Shown here piece by piece: positions 29,980-40,274 of a stretch of 64,000 nt of DNA. Where the stretch lies: NCBI GenBank assembly GCA_017499595.2, contig CM039001.1:3782001-3846000 (forward strand), in the 5' to 3' direction. Both the position numbers and the translations under genes were made by a program. Every line of letters starts with the position of its first letter. Position 1 is the stretch's first letter. The notes below the pieces were generated by a model. That model saw only the letters and a program-made list of their open reading frames with translations. It ran no database searches and was not told the DNA's origin. Source of the DNA: Psilocybe cubensis (taxonomy: Eukaryota).

Positions 29980-31341
29980 GGTCTAGAACCTCTTTGCTCG
30001 ATCCAGGCCTACCACTCCCTCCTCCGCCGGTCCCAGTACCGCTGTCGTCCACATCCGCTTGCGCGTGAGCGTGGGTATGGGCGTCGTCGCCGTTCTGTGT
30101 AATGCCGTTACGTTATGCCACGTTAGTTGAAAGGTACGTAGTGTAACGTTATGTATGATAAGCATGAGGAAGCACGAGGAGAAGCAGAAGCAAGGGAAGA
30201 AGCGAAAGAAGGGGATTAGGGAGGCTGGGAGTTGATCGTCGATGTGCAGGGTCGATGAACGACGTTTATTTATCGTCGAGCGAGAGACAGAGAAAGCGAA
30301 GAAAAAGCAGAAAAGTACAAAGCAAATCATTGAATCCAACAGAGATTCAAGAATATATGCGCGTTTGCTTAATCCAATAGAACCCAAAAATGAAAATAAT
30401 AATAAAAAACAACACCGTACCTGGGCCTGGTCCTGTTTCCCCTGTCCCTGTCCCTGCCCCTTCTTCCCCGCCCCCGTACCTGCAGCTCCCCCAGCCGCTC
30501 CAGCTCCAGCTCCAGCCGCACCCCCCGACGCGCCTGTCCCGCTGCCATTGAGCGGCACAGGAAAGTTGGCCTCTTCCCTGGGCACGATGTCGATCAAAAA
30601 GTCAAACTGGTCCGATTTCGAGAGCGCCTTGGCGATGTCGGCGCGCGAGAGCGTCCGTCGCTTGTTAGAATCTGCGACGATGAATGCGCGTGCAGTGATT
30701 TCGGCTATGAATACTGTGTATGCGGGTCAATAGGGATAAATGAATGTTGTCGATGGGTGGTGGAAAGTGGGGAACGTGTTATAGTCAGCGAGCTGAGATG
30801 ACAATAGGATAGGATATACATGACGAAGGAATCCACAGCGGACAATCCCCCCTTATTTTCCCCCACAAATGCCAACGAAACTGAAATAAAGAAAACGAGT
30901 ACTCACTTTCGCATGCCTTGCAAAACAATATCGGTGCTATCGCAATCCCAAAATTCCAAATCCTTCAGCTCGCACATCGGTACATACATGAAAAGCACAC
31001 ACACCATCCGCGGCGATCATCTAAAATAAAAACCCCAACCGCGTACGCGCACAAAAAATAAAGTCAACATCCCAAATAAAAAACACAAAAAAACACAAAA
31101 AATCATCAAGGAAAAGATACAAAACAAAACCCCGCACCTTCACATCTGGATCACTCTTCATAACCTTCTTAATCCGTGCAAGCGGGAGCGGAGGGTGCCG
31201 ATAATCAGGCGTCTCCTCCTCCGCCGTCGTGATCTGCCGCTGCCAAAACGAGCGCAAGAACTCGTTCAGCGGTTCCCCTGGCTGCACAAAGGGCTGCTGC
31301 TGAGAGTGGTGGGTGTTTTGTGAATTAGATGAGGATGCCAT
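29980..31341 (-). CDS. HAP5: CCAAT-binding factor subunit C (NF-YC, histone fold); 3' end uncertain
   Basis: [43 protein letters not shown]...[30 protein letters not shown]; the last exon(s) beyond about 29980 were not resolved. Confidence 0.9.
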
Positions 31342-33138
31342 GGGTGTGTATAAACACAAAATCCTAGTTCAGAATTTGGGAAGTGATGTTGTATTGTTGG
31401 CCCTGAGATCTGGGGCGCGTGTGGGTCTGTGTTGCCCGTGTTCGGGTAGACTTTGCAGATCAGAGTACAAAGCCACAACCTTCGGGCGCGTACGCTGTGT
31501 CTTGACGATAAATGAGAAAAAAAGACGCTTGCGCAGGACGAGCAAGCGAGGATGAGGAAAGGATAATGGGAGGATGAGAGAAAGGAAGCGAAGACAAACG
31601 ACTTCCGCGGTTCAGGTCCCCTCAGAGTCTAGATCTGGCCAATTGATGATCATTGATCGCACCCTGGCCAATGCCGTTGTTTGTTTTTTTTTGCCGAAAT
31701 ACTGCCATTTATGGATAATGACACGTGAAATAGTGGCACATGGCAGATATCTAATCTGATATGGTGTTAGCGATGGGAATGGTCTTGGTCTTGACACCAG
31801 GAAACAGGATCGCATCCTTTTCTCCTCTCTCCTAACTGGTTTTGACATTATCTGTGCTATGCGAGCTTGGGTGCGGTGCAGATACGACAATTACTCCATA
31901 CATAGACACATAGGACTCGAGTATCATATGCTTGACAACCTTTGCAAGTGAGCGGGTCGGGAATGGAATGTGGTGGCATCAATGGGAAAGGGAGAGGTAG
32001 TGGGGTGGAGGCAAGTGGTCAGTGGGAAGGGAAAATAGTAGTGGTATATTTCACGTTCCCGGTAGCCACAGTATATGCCAGTGACATATTTTCAGATGAT
32101 CACATCTGATACCGTCGGTTTTGTAGTATGATCCAGGTGGGTATAGTGCGTTTCTTTCCAGTGGGTCATGCCAGAAATGGGGAGCCGGTAGGCTGACTAA
32201 CACTGGGCGTCTAATTTTGACACATGAGACGCGAGACGCCCTGTTTTGCGATGTGGAATTCATTATCCAAGAACCGTAACTAGGGTAGACACTCGACATT
32301 CAAGGTATGTTATCCTGAATTTTGTGATGTTCTTTTCTACCTTTCTGACGCTCCAAAAACTGTTTAGGAAGCTCCCAGCAAAACAATGAGGAAGAATATC
32401 CCGAAATATTGCCATTTGCGGCTCTTTCGTCCCGCCCGAGGAGACGTATTTTTACCTGTACATATCATTCTCTCACTGTCGAGTTTTTTAAGCCAAAGCT
32501 GTGGTTATGTTTTGTGTATCCATATCCGTTTGATCATGACTTCTGTAGTCTGAGCTTTTCTTATGTTTTCGCTCATATTGCATATGAACTCCATGCACCC
32601 ACACATTCCAGGAGCAGGAAGATGTCAGACACAACCCAATCCCATTGAAAGCCATGCTTGTTTTCAAATGAAATTGTAACCCATTCCCACCCATCAAGCT
32701 GTCGACGCTCATGAACTATTTTTGGGCGTCTATTTACCGACCCCATTCTCTTCATGTCGGGATATATCAAAGGGCTCCTGTCATTGACCGAGAGCGCAGA
32801 TGGTTTCTGACGAATCCAATAATAAGACAAATGAACGCCGATGACCCCTCCATCGGTTGAAGCAACTCCAGCCCAGCTTGTCCAATTTGGCTAAAGTGTG
32901 CACAGGCATTGGATCTCCGCTTACTCGGACTGAATCCATTGACAACTTTTTTATCAATAAAATCTCATCTGCGTCTTAAAAAATAACCATACCGAGCAGC
33001 TTAGTTTTAAATTAATCTCGCAAATAAAATGCGCAGCTGCCACAGTATAAAAGCCAGATCAGTTGAGGCATCGAGACCTCAGGATACCTGCCCCAAATCA
33101 GAAACCTCTATCCACACAGCATCTCAGCAAGCTTCAGC

Positions 33139-33385
33139 ATGGTTTACAACTACGTCAAGACCTTGCTTTCCCTGACTCTCGTTGCGCTTGCCACAACGAC
33201 CGTACTTGCAGCACCAGCTTCTGACCTATTCGGGTATCTAATTTATATTCTCTATAATTAATCGGGACTGATGTCGAATGAATCATCCTAAATTTCCCTA
33301 TCCGTTCCGGATTGATAGGAGACCCATCGGATGCCCTCCTGATTTTAAAAATCCGGCATTGTGCGAAGCACCTGGAGTAAATTGA
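33139..33385 (+). CDS. Secreted 2-Cys micro-peptide precursor, copy C (53 aa): MVYNYVKTLLSLTLVALATTTVLAAPASDLFG|RPIGCPPDFKNPALCEAPGVN
   Basis: Exons 33139-33233 and 33319-33385; 85-nt phase-2 intron; TATAAAAG at about 33046. Confidence 0.85.
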
Positions 33386-33533
33386 ACAAGGTAAGTTTCT
33401 CGCCTCTTCCCTGTTAAAATTTTATAAACCACTGACAGCAGCATACAGTGTTTACAGCCAACGACTACTCCGATAATCCAGCTCACATGTGAATAACGGA
33501 GTGTTACATACCTTTGGACAAATAAACAGTTGT

Positions 33534-36331
33534 GGGCACCAGGAAATCAGCGTGGTTAGCCCGCGTGCGACCTATTTTTGCGTGCCACGCATAAATGCGA
33601 ATCAGCAAATTTGCGTGTCTTTCACATGACTTTGCGTGCGAAATGCTACATGTTGCGTGTGCATGGAACGTAAACGCGTGCAGTGTTATTGTGGTAGCGT
33701 GCTAGTTGCGTGCAAAATTCCGTATAAAACTCACATGAAGAGTAGTGTATAGTAAGCTATTTTCTGCAAGAATTGTAGTATGCTACGCATCCAGTTGGAC
33801 TAAGTAATTAATGGTCATCCTACTTTGTATGACATAATTATGACACGATTTTCCGTTGAAAATGCGAACATTGAGAAATAGAATTCTGCTCACTAGTCTC
33901 CGGCCTTTTCTTATTATAGTACTTACATTTTGCGTGTGCAAACATCTAAGTGCTTAGTGTCCAGATAAAATTAGTACAGAGCGTGGTAAATTTTACCTTG
34001 TGTCGTGGTCGGGTCATGGTCAAGTCGTGGTTTTCATCAAAACCAATGCCGTACATATTGATATTATTGTAGGATGGTCCCTCTGGCAATGGTTTCTCTA
34101 AAACCACGATTTTAATAGATGATTAAGAGTATAATTACCCCAGATAATCTAATTTTTTTCTGAGTTTATATTGGGTTGTCCACGGCAAAGCATAATGCTG
34201 CAGGATATATCTTGTTGTGGCTGTTTCCGGCACAATTACATTGATTAATTTGAAGCCGAAAATGCCGAGAGACTTTAGAAATGACGAACTCTGACAAATA
34301 ATAATCAAGGTTGTGAGAGAGGGAACTGAATTTGGAATATGTCCATGCAAACCTCGTAGTACTGTGTTATTGATAAGAAAATCATTAGATACACCAGCAT
34401 AAACCAAAGCCACAGCACAACCACACCAAAGTATGCTGTTCATACTGGGGTGTACGCACTAACAACTAAGTACCTAGTTACGAAACCTAACACTAATGTA
34501 CGTACTAAGGTTCTGGACTTGCTATTTTTGTACTGACCAAAATCTGAAGCCAGACACTTCGCATTTTCAACGGAAAATCGTGTCATACCTATGACACGAT
34601 TTTCCGTTGAAAAAGCGAACATTGAGAAACAGAGTTGTACTCACTAGTTTTGGGCCTTTCTTTACATTGTAGTACTTACATTTTGAGTGTGCGAACAGCC
34701 CATTGCATGGTATTCTGATAAAATTAGCACAGACCGTGGTAATTTTAAACTCGTGTCGTGGTAAAGCTGTGGTCAAGTCGTGGTTTTGTCAAAACCAATG
34801 GTGTACGTGTTGGTATTATCCTAGGGTGGTCTCTTTGAAGATGGGCTTCCCTAATACAGTTATTTTAACAGATATTTAAGGGCACAATTATTCCAGATAA
34901 TCTGGAATTTAACTGAGTTTATATCGGCCTATCACGGCAAAGTATAATGATATAGTATTTGTCTTGCTGTGGGTGTTTCCGGCACATTTACATCGATTAT
35001 TTTAATGCTGAAGGAGCCGGGATATGTTGGAAACAAAAAAATCTGAGAAATAATTACAAATGTTGTGTGGAAGTAACCAGGACTTTGTATAGTTCATGTA
35101 AACAGGGTATTAACTGTATCATTAATAAGAAAACCATTTTATACAGCAATGTACGACCACACCAAAGTACGTTGTTCAACTAAGGGTGTATGCACTAACT
35201 ACTAAGTACTTCATGACGAAACCTGACACAAATGTACGTATCAAGGTTCTAGGCTTGCTATTTTTGTAGCTACCAAATCCTGAAGCCGGACACTTCGCAT
35301 TTTCAACGGAAAATCGTGTCATATAGATCCCAAACAGGAACACAAATGCATACCACAAGATACTCATTTAACGAATTCATTGAGTTTCACCTTTTAATTT
35401 ATTTGAGATCTTTCAAACATTCAACATTAATGCCAAAATGAAAGTTCAATCTATCTAATGGTACATCCGGACGTATTTTTGCATTAAACTACCCCAAAAC
35501 GCATTATTTCGTACTAGCGTGCAAGACTAAACTGCTTGCGGGGCCATCGCGTGCAGATTACAATTGTTTGCGTGCCAATTGCACGCACTTAATTGGGTCG
35601 CGTGCTATCGCGTGCCGTCGCGTGCCATCGCGTTCACGTGGGAAAGTGGATCGCGTGCTGCCTGCGTGGTAAATGCGTGCAATTGAGTGCACCTAGCGTG
35701 CTGTGGTGTCACGCTGGTGGTCGTTCAACAACATGAATTGCATGCCAAATTGACAAAATTGTTGTTTTTCTCCAAGTTCACCGTTTGATCGGATATTACC
35801 GATCATAAACCGTTGCCGATTTTATTGCCGAATCTTGGTTGCGGAGTCGGAGATTATTGCGAGGCCACGCCGAGGGACACGGCATACCAAGCCGTCCCAC
35901 AAGCTCATTGTTTGTATGGCCCCTCTAAACACCAAATTGTTTCATTGAAGTTCTACTGGTTCCGAGAGCCAAACACCTACACTTACCATGTATTGTAGAC
36001 TGTTAAAGACATATATGTTGATCAATTCAAATACAGTATAGACATGTAATAATCTCTACATCCTAACTGCTTGATATCCGTGGTGGTGGCTGCACATGAA
36101 GTTAGTATAATACAAGGGCATACTGACAATACATTATTACACACCAAATAAATATAAATGAACGCTAACGACCACTGTTACGTTACAATCCTACGTGTGA
36201 CACAGCTGTGACATTGCGTGCAGAACATATCAATATGCGTGCAGAACACAGTTGTTGCGCAAAAATGCGTGTCACGCAGGCACACGCAAAAACGCACGCA
36301 CGCGAGCAGCCACGCTGATTTCTGTATGCCC
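33534..36331. mobile_element. Non-autonomous TIR element with 9-bp TSD (Mutator/MULE-like), about 2.8 kb
   Basis: Imperfect TIR GGGCA..GAAATCAGCGTGG..CGCGTGCG / CGCACGCG..CCACGCTGATTTC..TGCCC; exact TSD AACAGTTGT (33525-33533 and 36332-36340); many subterminal GCGTGC repeats; no transposase ORF. Confidence 0.85.
33839..35323. mobile_element. Two tandem ~740-bp MITE copies nested in the MULE-like element
   Basis: Each copy is bounded by TATGACACGATTTTCCGTTGAAAA(T/A)GCGAA...TTCGCATTTTCAACGGAAAATCGTGTCATA (33839-34587 and 34590-35323); internal sequences are homologous but diverged; terminal TA may be a Tc1/mariner-type TSD. Confidence 0.8.
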
Positions 36332-37246
36332 AACAGTTGTTATTATGAGATATAAAATGCAGTTTGACATAAATTGCGACCTTGAGAACCTACCAATCAT
36401 AGTTCAAATAAACTCAATTTCTGGTGTTTGCAGTTTGTGCATCCATCGTATTGTGGAAGAGAACCTAAGGGTTCCAGGACGGACCAAGGACCTCCGAGGT
36501 GGTCGGCCCATCATTGCTAGTACCTACAGGTTTGTGGACTTTGACGGTGTGAACATTGATACAACAATAGCATTGAGCAATACTGGGCGTCTAATTTTAA
36601 CACAGGACATCCGAGACGTCCCGTGGGTCCATATGCCGTCCAGCGTTAAGAATAGGTTGAACAATGAGTGCGATGGAAAAGCATCATTTAAGTATTATTT
36701 CTTATCGATTTCTCCATATCTTTGCTCGATTACTTTACCCCTCCTTAAAACGTCATAAATCAACTGAGAAGCTGCCTCGTTGAAATCACCATTTACGGCT
36801 TTTGGTTTGCGCTCGGGTTGGCTCGTATTTATAATTGTGTATATCAAGTATCATAGAGCGCTGTTGCTTTTGATATTCGTTGATCATGATATCTTTAATC
36901 GAAGCTTTGATTATCTTCTCGTTTTCGCACACCGGCTCATTGTCGCATTATTTTGGCGGGAAGAAAGGTCCAATACAAACCCAAATCAAGCTATTTCTTC
37001 TTCCTACTGGCTTTACTAAAAAACGAAATATAACACATTCTTTGCTTTCCAAGATAAGGCAAATATAACCCATTGACTTGTCGACAAGCACACGGTTAGT
37101 GGGACCGAATAGCTTGGCGGGTTGTTTAATAATACCATATCGTTTGCCTGTGAGTCTTGAGAAACGACCGCATGAAGTATGTATACAAATCCCACATGGG
37201 CCAGATGTAGCCTCGAGTATAAAACCAGGCAAGCCAGGTACTTAAC

Positions 37247-37409
37247 ATGGTCTACGTTCAATAGTATTCCTCAAAACCTTGCTCACCATGACTCTTGTCG
37301 CCCTTGCGGCTACAACCGCACATGTGATACACTGTTTCTTATCATAGTATGGAACATATCCAGGTGCGACTGCCATCAACCGAGCGTCGAGATCGGTCGA
37401 GAGCAATAA
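37247..37409 (+). pseudogene. Decayed copy D of the secreted micro-peptide family
   Basis: TATAAAACCAG, then ATG GTC TAC followed by a stop and frameshift, then FLKTLLTMTLVALAATTA; most of the intron is deleted. Confidence 0.7.
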
Positions 37410-37738
37410 TAGGATCATGGATGATGGATATCGATGACCATTTACCCCCCTAGCGCCACATATCCGCATTTAGTCAACGCATACACAAATTTAACCCCAA
37501 CTTACTCAGGGTGAATCACTTGACGGGTTTTATATCAATAACTTCTCATTTGCGCCTAAATATAAACTACATCAAGTATATTTCTGTCAACGAATTTCTC
37601 TCAAGATGGGGGAAGCCTGGAGTATAAAACCAAGTTAGTAGAATCGTTAAACACTCAGGATAGCAGTCGCAAAGCCGGCCATTTTCACAGTACAACCTCA
37701 CATACATACAGTAAAACTCGCGTATATCACGATCCAAC

Positions 37739-37955
37739 ATGGTTTACTACATCAAGACCTTACTTGCATTGACTCTCGTCGCTCTCGCGACTACTACTGC
37801 ACTTGGGGAACCAGCCCTAATTCCACCGTAGGACATCTAAAATCTTCATGTTGTTCACGCACTGACGTTGAACACGTCAATTTCCGCGTTCTTGATAATT
37901 TAGTATTCGTTGCAGAGAATTTCCAGACGGTCGCGTCGAATGCCAGGACCCATGA
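37739..37955 (+). CDS. Secreted 2-Cys micro-peptide precursor, copy E (46 aa): MVYYIKTLLALTLVALATTTALGEPALIPP|IRCREFPDGRVECQDP
   Basis: Exons 37739-37827 and 37904-37955; 76-nt phase-2 intron; TATAAAA at about 37623. Confidence 0.85.
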
Positions 37956-39175
37956 GGGAAGACATGTGTGTTTTCCTTCTTTCCTCTGTTTACATGTACA
38001 CTTATCTGTATAAAGTGGTTAGACCCGAAAAAGCGAGTTATATAATTTGGTGCACATTTGACAAGGAGGATTACATACATTTCGACAACAAATAGTTACT
38101 TATGTGATGAAATTGAACGGAATTCAAAGAAAACCTCAGCGTCCAAGAGACTTGCAATACACGGAGATCATCTCTCAGAACGCTGATGTATCCCTTTGGA
38201 CAATACTAGCTTATTTTGTCGACGCTGTTTGGCAAGTTTGTGCAATTCTCATCCGTCAATATATGTCTACGCGTACGGGCGCAGTCCTTTATCCTAAGGT
38301 GTTTAAAAACCACCATACACTAATTGCGCTGATATCTTACTAGTACCAAGTAAAATAATAGGACGGTTAACGCATATGGTACCCCACTTAAAAGGAGCAA
38401 TCCAAGGCCCCTATCATATACCCTTATGTCTTCAAAGTACACAGATTTAGCAAATTTGCTTACTCACCCTTAAGGCTGAGTCACTCGACAGGGTGTTTAT
38501 CAATAGCTGCAACAGCCAACCACCTGAACTGCAATCGAGACACCAACCCCTGAAATTTACTACATCTGAAATGCACCATTGTTCCAACGTAACTGCCTTC
38601 GAATAACTACCCATTTTATTTCACTTATTTCCAAAGTTTGCAACTGTCAACCGACCTGTCAACGGTACAGACTATTTTTGGGCGTCTATTTTGACAACAA
38701 CATATTTACTCGTATCAGGTGTATCGAGGGGCTCCCTAAAGTTATCTTCCATTGCCAACTAGGCATGGTGACTCTTATGAGTTTGTTTGAAATCGAATCC
38801 TTAGTTTTCGAAGAGTAATAATAGGGCACTAAACGTTGACGACGCCTCTTCTCTTGGATGAAGTAATCCGCAGACCCGTATGTCTGCATAACTTATTAGA
38901 AGGTACACAGATTCAACACCCCGTTTGTTGTCACTGAATTACTGAATTATTTGACAGATTGTTAATTAGCAACATGCATCTGAGTTTGAGTCTTGGAAAA
39001 TAACCACACCGAGTAGCTCTGGGTGTGAGAAACTCCTGTCGAAGAGATAGGCTTTCAATATAAAAGCCAGACCAACTGATTCATGAATACCTCAGGACAC
39101 CTACCAAGAAACCAGCCAATTCTATCCACGCGCTCACAATTATACATTAACATAACACTCATCAAGATATCCAAC

Positions 39176-39394
39176 ATGATTTACTACGTCAAGACATTGC
39201 TCGCATTGACTCTCGTCGCTCTTGCCACCAAATCTGCGCTTGGGGCACCAACCCCTCAAAGGTAATACACATGAATTCTTCTTCGTATTCAGCTACTGAC
39301 GCTTGAGTAACATCAATTTTCGTGTCCGTGACGATTTAGTGTAGATGACTGCTTGAATGATCCGGCGGTATGCGTCCCAAGGCGAATCGAATAA
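39176..39394 (+). CDS. Secreted 2-Cys micro-peptide precursor, copy F (46 aa): MIYYVKTLLALTLVALATKSALGAPTPQS|VDDCLNDPAVCVPRRIE
   Basis: Exons 39176-39261 and 39340-39394; 78-nt phase-2 intron; TATAAAAG at about 39059. Confidence 0.85.
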
Positions 39395-40274
39395 GTGGCA
39401 TGTATTGCTTTTCATTACTCTGTTATAACCATATAACTAATTGGTTCCGTCTCTGTAGCCTACATACCGCAAGGCAGTTATACCGTGCGCAATTAAACAG
39501 TTTCTTAGCATAAGCTATAGAATACAGTTTGTTCCAGTATTGGCGATAAAAATGGATGTGAATTTTGTGAAAGCCGCTGAACAAGAAACCACTAAAGTCA
39601 GTCGTGTTAACGTGTACTCGCATCTAGGAATTGAATAATGAGACCTTGAGGGTTAAACGATAAATTGTTGAATGGAGTCTGAAGAAAACTCAGAATTTTA
39701 TTGTTATCAGATTCGATTACCTATTAGTACCACTTGATGGGGTCTACTGGTGTGCTATACACATCGATTATCTGAATTGTTTTTCTGGAAGTACAAATTC
39801 AGGGGTAGGCAAGACACTCAACATCATGAAATCAGCGCGTTTCTCGACGCAGCATGGATACAGCGCAAACCAGCTCTCAGCTGCGGGGCACTAATTATAC
39901 CTGTATACTGAGAAATTGGAAGTCGAAGGGTGAAAATCAACCTAAGTGCTCATTCCAAGTTTTTGCTACTCAACCGAAAGAAAGAGTACGCATCAAACTT
40001 ACAACCAATTCACGAAACTGATGCTACATTCAATTAAAAGTATTACAACCTAGCCATGTACGATAAATTACACAAGAGTTAACAGTGATGACGACTGAGT
40101 GATGATGTTGGTGAAATACCAAAATGAACCCAATAAAAAGCGACCACAAGGGGAAGAGAGAGTTGAATAAATTTTGTTGGGGTTGAGGTAGTCTGTGATG
40201 AAATAAAGGCGAATCACATTTGTGTTTCAAGATCCATCGATGAAGTGTGTTGTCCATATCCCCATCCCATATAA

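Noticed and set aside
33540..35720. GCGTGC repeat arrays as a CRISPR-like array
   Set aside because: Eukaryotic context, irregular spacing, no unique spacers; explained as transposon subterminal repeats.
36252..36758. 168-aa ORF
   Set aside because: It starts inside the transposon end and runs into duplicated DNA whose paralog at about 27.6-27.8 kb contains stops.
25997..39394. Peptide genes as MSDIN/amatoxin-type precursors, mating pheromones or Kex2-repeat proteins
   Set aside because: No MSDIN-type leader or follower, they have a hydrophobic signal peptide, no C-terminal CaaX, no repeated KR-flanked cores, and no prolyl oligopeptidase, DUF3328 or STE3 gene in the window.
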